A DNA stretch of 64,000 nucleotides, taken from NCBI GenBank assembly GCA_965207735.1, contig OZ242296.1, forward strand, positions 960,001 to 1,024,000, in the 5' to 3' direction. The notes below the pieces were generated by a model. That model saw only the letters and a program-made list of their open reading frames with translations, did no database searches and was not told the DNA's origin. The stretch is from Candidatus Versatilivorator sp. (GTDB lineage: Bacteria; Acidobacteriota; Terriglobia; Versatilivoradales; Versatilivoraceae). The position numbers and the translations under genes were made by a program. Below are positions 52,536-61,166 of this stretch, piece by piece; position 1 is the first letter of the stretch, and every line of letters starts with the position of its first letter.

Positions 52536-52846
52536 CTTCGATGAAAGAGTGCTGCGCTTCCGCAAAGTTGACGCTTTCATCCGTGTCGGGAACCAGCGTT
52601 GCGCTTGTGGGGGCTTGGAGCATTGCGACGGTGTCGCGCCGTCCGGCCCATGAAAACGAAAACCGTTCTCGTCTGTCGTCGATTTCGTACCCGAGGAACT
52701 CACGGAGTTTCACGAAATCGACGCGGTTTTCAGTGAACACCTGTGGCGTTAGAAGCCGGAGATGGGCGACAAGCTCGTTGCGGAGCGAAGGCAATTCGCC
52801 CGCGATGCGTTCCCTTTTCTTCGATTGTTGTTGCTCTGCCATAGGG

Positions 52847-53041
52847 CTATAGATTCCTTTCCAATGGCTCAGCAGCGAACAACGAGCCTTGCTCTTCCGT
52901 CTGGTGCGTCGCAACATTCTCGTGCATGGATTCTCGTATCACCTGCGCCGCCCGTTTGTCTGCGGCGTGGCAGGCTTCCCGGAATTTGTCACGATGCACG
53001 CGCTCAACCCTGATGCGAAGCCCCGCGTTTTTCGTTGCCAT
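52847..53041 (-). CDS. Small ribbon-helix-helix-like protein upstream of mod
   Basis: MATKNAGLRIRVERVHRDKFREAC...AAQVIRE (beta-strand plus two helices); ends 4 bp before the mod ATG. Confidence 0.6.
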   Translation of the reverse strand: MATKNAGLRIRVERVHRDKFREACHAADKRAAQVIRESMHENVATHQTEEQGSLFAAEPLERNL

Positions 53042-53094
53042 CGCGCTAGTGTAACCATTGGACACATAAATGGGCAGCCAAATGTCCGACTGCG

Positions 53095-53290
53095 TGTCAG
53101 CCCCCCGTCTAAAAGGGTGACACCAATATGACGGCACCACCTTGCCCCCCAAAGGCGGAAATTGTCCATCCATCCTGCTCCGACCGAAGCCGCCGTTTCC
53201 TCCTCCACGTGGTCGATCCTGTCTACGCCGGCGTCGCGGCTGCCATAGCGTTCGACGGTGTCCCCATCAGCATCAGCGATATGACCTCCC
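53095..53290 (-). pseudogene. 3' remnant of a homologue of the 57148-58143 gene
   Basis: ADGDTVERYG...GWMDNFRLWGARWCRHIG...GGLT vs ADWETVERYG...GMIDDFRLWGSRRCRRMGG...GGRLT. Confidence 0.7.
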
Positions 53291-53409
53291 TCCACGAAAC
53301 GGTCCATTTCGAGTGTGAGTTTTCCGGTCCCGAGAAAATACAAGACAGGGCGAGTGCGGTCCTTGGTTTGGTGCGGGTCCCCCCCAGAATCCGGTTTAAC
53401 TGGACAGGC

Positions 53410-53817
53410 TCATTGATCGAGTCTTAGGGCATGGACCAGGACGAGGTCCGCGGAACGCTCGAGGACCTCGGTGATGGTGGCGTTCCAGGAGTCTCCAGAG
53501 CGAGTCTCGACGGCGATGGTGAGGCCTTCGAGGTCGGTTGGGAGGATGCGGGTGTTTCCTTGGAAGCGAGCTCCCCAGCCACCACCTTTCAGCTTGGCCG
53601 GGGTCCATCCTGGGATGGGTTCGGAGGCTGCGGCCTTGACCGGCGCGTCCAGCTCATTCCCTTCCGTGGGAGCGGGACCGAACTCGCGGTCGAGGGCCTC
53701 ATCGATGAGGGCGCGCAGCCAGGAGCCAACGTTGAGGTGCCGCTCGGTGCGGAGGCGCTGGAGACGTTGACGGGTTTCGGGAGAGACACGGATATGAAGC
53801 GGTACACGGTGCAACAT
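53410..53817 (-). CDS. Hypothetical protein with N-terminal RHH-like motif
   Basis: LHIRVSPETRQRLQRL...NVGSWLRALIDEAL followed by a beta-rich domain. Confidence 0.6.
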   Translation of the reverse strand: MLHRVPLHIRVSPETRQRLQRLRTERHLNVGSWLRALIDEALDREFGPAPTEGNELDAPVKAAASEPIPGWTPAKLKGGGWGARFQGNTRILPTDLEGLTIAVETRSGDSWNATITEVLERSADLVLVHALRLDQ

Positions 53818-54076
53818 AACGACACACCTTAACAGGTAGAACAACAATCAGGTTACAACACTACACGGAGACACACGCATCCACTGTGAGCGCGAAAAGG
53901 TGCTCGATGGCCTTCCCGCAGGGAATGCCTATTCAGAATGGACTGATCGTCCAACCAAGTCCCATAATGTACATAACTGACTTATCTACAGTCTTTTATG
54001 AGCATGCTTGAGCATCCATCCATTCCCATAGCGTCCCGCGCCATACGCTTGCATCCCACCTATTTCGGGGAGTATA

Positions 54077-55297
54077 ATGGGGGGTATGATGCTTTCCAGA
54101 CGCTCCCCGCAACGCAAGCCCCCCGGCCAGCATCCCGACAACGCCCTCACGCCCCTCTTTGTCCGCAGCGTGAGCCAGGCCGGACGCTATTGTGACGGCC
54201 AGGGGCTCTATCTCGACGTGCGTCCCTCCGGCAGCCGGGGCTGGATCCAGCGCCTCACCATCCGAGGCCGCCGCGCCGAGCTCGGGCTGGGCGGATTCCC
54301 CCTGGTCTCGCTGAAGGAAGCCCGGGAGAAGGCCTTCGCCAACCGGAAGCTGGCCCGGGAGGGCGGCGATCCCCTCTCGGAGAAGCGGCGGTCCGAGTCG
54401 ACACCCACCTTTGCCGAGGCGACCTACCAGGTCTACAATCAGCTGCGGCCGGGCTGGCGCTCCCCTCAGCATGCCCAGCTCTGGCTCAGCAGCTTGGAGC
54501 GCTACGCCCTGCCCCGCATCGGCGGGATGCCGGTTTCCGAGGTGTCCAGTGCCGATGTGGTGGGGATTCTGGCTCCGATCTGGCACGAGACGGCGCCCAC
54601 GGCCCGGAAGCTGCGCCAGCGCATCCGCGCGGTCATGGAGTGGGCGGTGGCGATGGACCTGCGGCCCGACAACCCCTGCGACAGGATCGGCCCGGTGCTG
54701 GGCGCACAGGGCAATGGCGTGCGCCACAGGCGGGCCTTGCCGCATCCCGAGGTGGCGTCGGCGATCGAGACGGTGCGGGCGTCGAGGGCGAGGCCGGCGG
54801 TGAAGCTTGCCTTCGAGTTCCTGGTGCTCACGGCGGCACGCTCCAGCGAGGTAAGCGGGGCGGTCTGGACCGAGATGGACTGCGACCAGGGTGTGTGGAG
54901 CATCCCGGCCCCGCGCACGAAGGGGAATCGCGAGCACCGGGTCCCGCTGTGCCGTCGTGCCCTGGAGATCCTGGAGGAGGCGCGGGGGCTCTCTCGCAGC
55001 AGTCCGTTGGTGTTTCCGAGCGTCAGGGGCAAGCCGTTCGCGATCACGACGCTGTCGGAACTGCTCCGGGAGTTGAACGTCGCGGCGGTGCCGCACGGCT
55101 TCCGGTCGAGCTTTCGGGACTGGGCGGCCGAAGAAACGGATCATCCTCGCGAGGTGGCGGAGGCTGCCCTGGCGCACAAGGTCCGCAGCCAGATCGAGGC
55201 GGCCTACCGGCGCTCGGACCTGTTCGAGCGTCGCCGGCGGCTCATGGATGACTGGGCCGGCTACCTGGCCGACCCGAGCCGAGGGCCGCAGGCCTAA
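54077..55297 (+). CDS. P4-type tyrosine integrase with arm-binding domain
   Basis: YCDGQGLYL...LGLGGFPLVSLKEAR; TAARSSE, TK, PHGFR, LAH, AAY catalytic set intact. Confidence 0.95.
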   Translation: MGGMMLSRRSPQRKPPGQHPDNALTPLFVRSVSQAGRYCDGQGLYLDVRPSGSRGWIQRLTIRGRRAELGLGGFPLVSLKEAREKAFANRKLAREGGDPLSEKRRSESTPTFAEATYQVYNQLRPGWRSPQHAQLWLSSLERYALPRIGGMPVSEVSSADVVGILAPIWHETAPTARKLRQRIRAVMEWAVAMDLRPDNPCDRIGPVLGAQGNGVRHRRALPHPEVASAIETVRASRARPAVKLAFEFLVLTAARSSEVSGAVWTEMDCDQGVWSIPAPRTKGNREHRVPLCRRALEILEEARGLSRSSPLVFPSVRGKPFAITTLSELLRELNVAAVPHGFRSSFRDWAAEETDHPREVAEAALAHKVRSQIEAAYRRSDLFERRRRLMDDWAGYLADPSRGPQA

Positions 55298-55520
55298 GCA
55301 GCGCTCGATGGCCGTGCGAGGCGGGGACAGCGGGGCCGGCGCCGCAACGCGTAGTGCCGGGGAGCCAGCCTACCCAATGTAATACATTGGGGCTGGCGAG
55401 GGGCTCCGGCCCCTTCGAACCCCCGACCGGGGAGAGCTCTCCCCTAGCCCCTCCATCACCCCCCGCCGCTCCCTTCTCCCTCTCCCATGACCGAGGCCTC
55501 GATGGCGCGAGAAGCGACAG

Positions 55521-55910
55521 CGACGAGGGTGTGTGGAGCATCCCGGCCCCTCGCACGAAGGGGAATCGCGAGCACCGGGTCCCGCTGTGCCGTCGCGCCC
55601 TGAAGATCCTGGAGGAGGCGCGGGCGCTCTCTCGCAGCAGTCGGCTCGTGTTTCCCGGCGTTGGGGGCAAGCCGATCGCGACCACGACGCTGTCGGAACT
55701 GCTCCGGGAGTTGAACGTCGCGGCGGTGCCGCACGGCTTCCGGTCGAGCTTCCGGGACTGGGCGGCCGAAGAGACCGATCACCCTGGCGAGGTGGCGGAG
55801 GCCGCCCTGGCGCACAAGGTCCGCAGCAGATCGAGGCGGCCTACCGGCGCTCGGACCTGTTCGAGCGCCGCCGCCGGCTCATGGATGACCGGGCCGGCTA
55901 CCTGGCCGGC
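55521..55910 (+). pseudogene. Duplicated C-terminal fragment of the 54077 integrase, frameshifted
   Basis: Near-identical GVWSIPAPRTKGNREHRVPLC...PHGFRSSFRDW; 1-bp deletion in CGCAGC(C)AGATC near 55827. Confidence 0.85.
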
Positions 55911-55974
55911 GGGTGTCGAGGGGCAGGACCGATCGGTTGATCGGCCCTGGCCTCGGCAGCGCTCGATGGCCTTC

Positions 55975-57235
55975 CCGCAAGGGATCACTGTGGAGGGAGC
56001 GACCCCGGAAAGGGGAGGGGAGGTGGTGGATTTTGCCGTGCACCACCTCCCCCTCCCCGGTGCCGCACCAGCGGCCAAAATACCGGGGTCGCTCCCTCCA
56101 CTTCCTCCCCCTCCTGTGCGGCGCCACGACGCGCCGGGCGAGGGGGCGGACACGCGATGCCGACGCCCCACGGGGCTTTACCCCATAGGACTTGGGAAAT
56201 CCGTGCCAACCCGCGTCCAATGCGGGTTTCCGGGAACAGCCTGGACCACGGCGGCGAGGGCTTCGCCCTCTGAGAGTGGAGCGTTGGGGTTGTCAAAAGC
56301 GTGAGCCACTTGGTGCGCCACCTACGTGAGCCACCCCCCTTTTGTAAGGTGGCCACCCATACGACGCCATGTCCTTGACCCCCGGAGGCGGAAATCGTCG
56401 ATCATTCCTCGGCCGTTCGAGGCCGGGATTTCCTGCTCCCATTGGACGATCTTCTCCATGACGACATCGAGGCTGGCGTGGCGTTCGACGGTGTCCTCCT
56501 GCACCCTGAATCCGCGAGCTTTGCCGGGCAGGCTGGACTTTCTCACTCCCTGGCAAAGCAGAACACCCCGAAACGCCTCCTGGACCGATTCCCCTCTCAG
56601 GGACCGCAGGTCCCGCCGCCTGTGGGGAAACCGGAATGGTCGGCTCGCTCAGCGCTGCCGTGGTCGCAGCCTGGTCGTCGAATCGTCCCGGTACGGCCAT
56701 GAAGAGCCAGGGAAATCTGTTTTTTTTCGGGGGACATAATGGGGGGCAGGACATCGTCTGGAAACCCATAAGTCCTTTTCATAAAACGCTTTACATCAAT
56801 CGCGGATGAATTCCGCAGGGATCACGGTGAAGGGAGCGACCCCCAACGGGGAGGGTTGACCGCGCGCCACTGTACGCGCCGGCGAACACTCCCCGGTGCC
56901 GCACCAGCGGCAAAAAGAGGGGGGTCGCTCCCTCCACTTCCTACCCCTCCAGGCGCGGCGCACCGGCTGACGCGGGGACACGCCGGGCACCGGCCCGCCA
57001 CGGTTGTCGCAGCCGACGCGGGGAATCCGTGCCAACCCGCTTCCAATAAGGGTTTCCGGGCACAACCTGGACCACAACGGCGAGGGCTCGCCCTCTGAGA
57101 GAGAAGCGTTGGGGTGGTCAAATGCGTGAGCCACCTCAGTGAGCCACCTAGGTGAGCCGCCCCCCTTTTGTAAGGTGGCCACCCATACGACGGCACCGCC
57201 TTGACCCCCAGAGGCGGAAATCGTCGATCATTCCC
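55975..57235. repeat. Diverged ~430-bp direct repeat (55975-56410 vs 56812-57235)
   Basis: Shared blocks GGGATCAC, GGGAGCGACCCC, CTCCCCGGTGCCGCACCAGCGG, GGTCGCTCCCTCCACTTCCT, GGAATCCGTGCCAACCCGC, CCCCCTTTTGTAAGGTGGC, GCGGAAATCGTCGATCATTC. Confidence 0.85.
56322..56490 (-). pseudogene. Second 3' remnant of the 57148-58143 gene
   Basis: DTVERH...GRGMIDDFRLRGSRTWRRMGGHLTKGGWLT*. Confidence 0.75.
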
Positions 57236-58143
57236 AGGCCCTGGGGCTCCGGCGCTGCCTGCTTCAATTGGTTGATTTTCTTCAGGGCGGCATTGAGCCC
57301 GCCATAGCGTTCGACTGTTTCCCAGTCGGCGCTGGAGACAGCCCACCGGAGATTGAGAAACTCTCTGCCGGCCTCAGTCAGGTCTCCGCCTACCCAGGAT
57401 CGCATCACCCGCTCGGCGCGGTCCAGCAGTTCCTGCTCCCAGGCGACGGCAACCACCTCGACCCGCCACCCTAACTCGCGGAGCATCTGCCAGAGCGGCC
57501 GGTGGGCCTCTCTCCAGGAGTCCAGCTCCGTACGGGTTCCCATGCCGGGGTCGATGTAGACGAATACGGCCGCCTCCGGCCCCATGGCAACCGGCATCCT
57601 GAGGGGAAAATACTGAACCCGCCCCTTGGCATGGCCGGCGTAGATCGTCCGGGGCAGCATGAATGGTTCGATCCCGAGCTGCTCAAAGCAAGCGAGCTTC
57701 TCCCGCTCTGTCGGTAGCCAAGCCAACTCCGGATGATCGAGCACGAAATCGAGCGATAGCAGTCGCCACCGGGTAACTTCCAGCGAGGTCTCCCGGCGGT
57801 GGCGGATGGGGGGGATCTCCAGTTCCCGGTAGATCTGCTTGCCGAAGATGCGGCAAATCCGGCGGCCGTCGGTGACGGTCTCCGATGCCATTGGCTTGTG
57901 GGATATGCGTGTGCGGAGCAACGCCCGGATAAAGCGGTTGGCGCTGGACTTGGCGTATCCGAAGAAGGCCTCGACCTGGTCCCGGGTGAACAGGCCCGAG
58001 TGCAGGCAGACCAGGGTGATCCATTCGGCCTGTTGGGGGGTGAAGCCAAGAGGCCTCAGCAGTTGTTCCCGTCCCTTCAGGTGAGGAAACTGCGCCGGTT
58101 CCTTGGGTCGGCCGACCTGGAGAAAGGTCATCAGGATTCCCAT
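57148..58143 (-). CDS. Hypothetical integrase-associated protein with N-terminal winged-helix-like region
   Basis: LGFTPQQAEWITLVCLHSGLFTRDQV...ANRFIRAL; 331-aa intact ORF co-oriented with the integrase; homologous remnants nearby. Confidence 0.7.
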   Translation of the reverse strand: MGILMTFLQVGRPKEPAQFPHLKGREQLLRPLGFTPQQAEWITLVCLHSGLFTRDQVEAFFGYAKSSANRFIRALLRTRISHKPMASETVTDGRRICRIFGKQIYRELEIPPIRHRRETSLEVTRWRLLSLDFVLDHPELAWLPTEREKLACFEQLGIEPFMLPRTIYAGHAKGRVQYFPLRMPVAMGPEAAVFVYIDPGMGTRTELDSWREAHRPLWQMLRELGWRVEVVAVAWEQELLDRAERVMRSWVGGDLTEAGREFLNLRWAVSSADWETVERYGGLNAALKKINQLKQAAPEPQGLGMIDDFRLWGSRRCRRMGGHLTKGGRLT

Positions 58144-58251
58144 GGGGTTCCACAGAGGGAAAAAGAGGGTTCAGCAGGAAGATGCGTTTCACCGCCAAGG
58201 AGCAGGAAGATGTCAATGAATCGTTCCAGGACCGATCCCCTTCCAACCCAT

Positions 58252-59484
58252 TTACTCTCGGGACTCCCGGTCCTCCCCCATCCCCTGGGCCAGGTAACGC
58301 GCCCAGTCGTCCATCAACGTGCGCCGACGGTCGAACAGGTCGGATCGGGCATAGGCCGCCTCCACCCGGTTGCGGACCACATGCGCCAGGGCCGCCTCGA
58401 TCACCTCCCGGGGATGATCCGTCTCCTCACCTGCCCAGTCCCGGAAGGTAGAACGGAAACCATGCGGCACTGCCGCAATCCCAAGCTGGCGCAGCAGGCG
58501 GCGCACCGTGCTGTCATGCATTGGCTTCCCGCCCCCATGGGCGAACACCAGCGGGCCGGCCCCCCCCTCCAGTTTCTCCGCAGCGTCGAGAATCTCCAGG
58601 GCACGTCCGCACAGCGGCACCCGGTGCCGGCGGTTCGTCTTCGTCCGCCTGGCCGGGACGGTCCATACACGCCCATCCCGGTCGATCTCCGCCCACTCAG
58701 CCCACCGCACCTCTCCCCAGCGGGCTGCCGTCAACACCAGGAACTCGAGGGCCAACTTGGCGGCCGGCAATGCCCTCGATTCCCGCACCGTCCGGATCAC
58801 CGCACCCGCCTCCCGATGGGGCAAGGCCTGCATGTGCTCGGTAACATCCTTTTGGGAGCCAAGCACCGGGCCGATCCGGTCGCAGGGATTGTCAATCCTG
58901 TACTCCATGGCCACGGCCCATTCCAGGACCGCCCGCAGGCGCTGGCGCACCCGCTTGGCGGTCGCTACCTTCCGGTGCCAGAGGGGCGTGAGGATCTCAA
59001 GCAGATCGGCGCTGGTGACCTCAGAGACCGGCACTTTGCCGATGCGGGGGAAGGCGAAGCGCCTCAGGCTCGATATCCACTCCTGGGAGTGTCTCGGGTT
59101 GCGCCATCCGCCCTGCTTCTGCTCCAGCACACGCATGGCAGCTTCGGCGAAGGTGGGGATACCCTCGGCGCGTCGCTTCTCGGCGAGCGGGTCTCCGCCC
59201 CGGCGGGCGAGCTTGCGGTTGGCGAGCGCCTTCTCCCGGGCCTCGGCCAGGGGAACGAGGGCAACGCTGCCGAGTCCGAGCTCACGGCGGCGACCGCGGA
59301 CGAGGAGGCGCTGAATCCAGCTGCGGGCTCCGCTGGGCTGGACGAAGAGGTACAATCCGTTGCCATCGGCGTGTCTTCCGGGCGGAGCGGAGCGGATGAA
59401 GGCCGCCGAGAGGGCCTTTTGGGGATGGCGGCCCTTGGGTTTCGTCTTGCGTAGCAGACGGACGGCAGGGGTTACATTAATCAT
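58252..59484 (-). CDS. P4-type tyrosine integrase (likely the island integrase)
   Basis: HADGNGLYL...LGLGSVALVPLAEAR; TAARWGE, TK, PHGFR, LAH, AAY; starts ~150 bp from putative attR. Confidence 0.95.
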   Translation of the reverse strand: MINVTPAVRLLRKTKPKGRHPQKALSAAFIRSAPPGRHADGNGLYLFVQPSGARSWIQRLLVRGRRRELGLGSVALVPLAEAREKALANRKLARRGGDPLAEKRRAEGIPTFAEAAMRVLEQKQGGWRNPRHSQEWISSLRRFAFPRIGKVPVSEVTSADLLEILTPLWHRKVATAKRVRQRLRAVLEWAVAMEYRIDNPCDRIGPVLGSQKDVTEHMQALPHREAGAVIRTVRESRALPAAKLALEFLVLTAARWGEVRWAEWAEIDRDGRVWTVPARRTKTNRRHRVPLCGRALEILDAAEKLEGGAGPLVFAHGGGKPMHDSTVRRLLRQLGIAAVPHGFRSTFRDWAGEETDHPREVIEAALAHVVRNRVEAAYARSDLFDRRRTLMDDWARYLAQGMGEDRESRE

Positions 59485-59632
59485 CCCCTAATTATATGGG
59501 GGATGGTAGTGGACTGCAAGGGATGTTGCGAACTAGCCAAGCGATGGCGAAATGTTTTTAAGTTACTGATATACAATACAATTATGGACTGTAATGGACG
59601 AGAGTAAACGTTACTGGAATTGGTAAGAATGT

Positions 59633-59824
59633 TGCTGCACGGGAAGCTGACTCGCTCGATGTTCGGGTGCCCGCGTGAAGTAATCCATGAGCTTGGGAGT
59701 GGTTTTTGGGAATCCTTGAATTAGATAAGGAGATGGTCGAACTCAAGAGGTTGACAACTCCCGTCCCGAAACATGTAGCCCAAACCATCAACCAATAATC
59801 CTGTATATCCTGTCCATCCATGTT
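59633..59824 (+). repeat. Putative attR and right half of the GxxExxY-derived element
   Basis: Translates LLHGKLTRSMFGCPREVIHELGSGFWES...MVELKRLTTPVPKHVAQTINQ*; ends ATCCTGTATATCCTGTCCATCCATGTT (right TIR). Confidence 0.72.
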
Positions 59825-59865
59825 AAATATCCATTCAAATCATCGCGCCGGATCAACCCCTTTCC

Positions 59866-61095
59866 ATGACCCGTTTCATTCCCCTGCAGTGGCTCCTGCT
59901 TGAACAGTGGCGCCGCAATCACCTGGCCGCCACCTTTTCCGCGGCCCTCATCGGCGCCGGATTCATGCTGGTCATGCCCTTCCTGCCGATCTACGTCGCT
60001 CAGCTGGGGGTTGAGTCCCAAGCGGCGGTGGCCATCTGGTCGGGGCTCATTCTGGGAATCAGCCCTCTGATCACCTCAATCGTCGGTCCCCTCTGGGGAA
60101 AGCTGGCAGACCGCTACGGCCTCAGGATCATGGCCATCCGCGTCTCGCTGGTTCTATTCGTGATCTGGTTTCTGATGGGTCTGGCCAGGAACGTTCAGGA
60201 ACTACTGGTTCTGAGGATCCTCTCGGGGTTCTTCGGAGGATTCGGGTCGGTCTCAGTTGCCTTGGTGGCCCATTCAGCTCCAAAGGAAAGGATCACGCGG
60301 GCGATCGGCGGTCTGCAGGCAACCCAAACCTTCAGCATGGCCCTGGGCCCATTCCTGGGCGGCGTGCTGGCGGCCTGGATCGGTATTCGAAACACCTTCT
60401 TCGTCACGGCGGCAATGTGTTTCCTCACCCTGGTGTTGTTTCTCCTTCTATATCGGGACAACCCCAATCGCGATTCTTCTCAAACAGCTCCCGAAGACGA
60501 GACCACCCCCGAGGGTCTGTTCTTCCTGTGGCGGCTGCCCGACCTGAAAGTCCTGGCCATCCTGCTGCTCGCGGCCACCGTGATCGAACGCAGCTTTGCC
60601 CCGACCATCCCGCTGTTCGTAACCTCCGTGACCGCCAACCCGGTTCAGGCAGCCGGCATGGCCGGTCTGATCCTGTCCCTTTCCGCGTTCGGGGAAAGTC
60701 TGGCTGCCTGGTATTTCGGCCGAAAGATGGCTCGATCCTCGGCCCGGAGGCTACTTCTGCAGCGGCTGGGCCTCGGGCTTGCCTTTTGCCTGGCGCTGAC
60801 CCTGGCGAGCAGCGCTGCCCATCTCCTGGTGCTTCGAGTCTCGCAGGCATTTCTGGCGGGGGGCATCGTGACCATTGCCTACAGCCTCGCCAGCCGAGTC
60901 ATCCCCAACGCGCGGCGGGCTTCAGGCTTTGGCCTGCTTTCCAGTTTCACGATGATGGGCAACGCCTTCGGCCCCATCCTGGCCGGACTGTTGGCTTCCA
61001 TCAACCTGTACTGGGTATTTTGGGGGGACGGAATCCTCTACGGGCTGCTTGCGCTGATGGTCTATCGATGCATTGGAAAGGGCAGTGGAGAGTGA
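59866..61095 (+). CDS. MFS transporter (DHA1/MdtG-like)
   Basis: LVMPFLPIYV, PLWGKLADRYG motif A, GPFLGG; about 12 TM helices. Confidence 0.9.
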   Translation: MTRFIPLQWLLLEQWRRNHLAATFSAALIGAGFMLVMPFLPIYVAQLGVESQAAVAIWSGLILGISPLITSIVGPLWGKLADRYGLRIMAIRVSLVLFVIWFLMGLARNVQELLVLRILSGFFGGFGSVSVALVAHSAPKERITRAIGGLQATQTFSMALGPFLGGVLAAWIGIRNTFFVTAAMCFLTLVLFLLLYRDNPNRDSSQTAPEDETTPEGLFFLWRLPDLKVLAILLLAATVIERSFAPTIPLFVTSVTANPVQAAGMAGLILSLSAFGESLAAWYFGRKMARSSARRLLLQRLGLGLAFCLALTLASSAAHLLVLRVSQAFLAGGIVTIAYSLASRVIPNARRASGFGLLSSFTMMGNAFGPILAGLLASINLYWVFWGDGILYGLLALMVYRCIGKGSGE

Positions 61096-61123
61096 AGAGT
61101 GGAGAGTGAAGAGTGGAGAGTGG
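61084..61123 (+). repeat. 7-bp period tandem repeat (GAGAGTG/AAGAGTG)
   Basis: AGTGGAGAGTGAAGAGTGGAGAGTGAAGAGTGGAGAGTGG overlapping the MFS stop codon. Confidence 0.85.
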
Positions 61124-61166
61124 TCAGTTGGTCCGTGCCGATCCTTTGGTGATCTGACCGGTTGAA

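Larger units (their letters stand above)
49477..52842 (-). pseudogene. mod: Type III R-M Mod (m6A methyltransferase) interrupted by an IS
   Basis: IYLDPPYNTG, FPKPV, DIFAGSCST; N-terminal part 52536-52842 (MAEQQQ...HSFIE); removing the IS restores FIEGENFETLK in frame (624 aa). Confidence 0.9.
53916..56821 (+). mobile_element. Nested ~2.9-kb integrative element
   Basis: 9-bp core CCGCAGGGA at 53916-53924 and 56813-56821; the joined outer flanks match the intact site at 55961-56006; integrase just inside the left end. Confidence 0.6.
35648..59647. mobile_element. Integrative genomic (defence) island, ~24 kb
   Basis: Direct repeat TGCTGCACAGGACGC / TGCTGCACGGGAAGC (13/15); P4-type integrase next to the right end; AT-rich arm-like flanks; cargo looks less GC-rich than the backbone. 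Confidence 0.8.

Noticed and set aside
53371-53407. Possible isolated IS end (TGCGGGTCCCCCCAGAATCCGGTTTAACTGGACA)
   Set aside because: No partner repeat or transposase remnant found; too weak to call.
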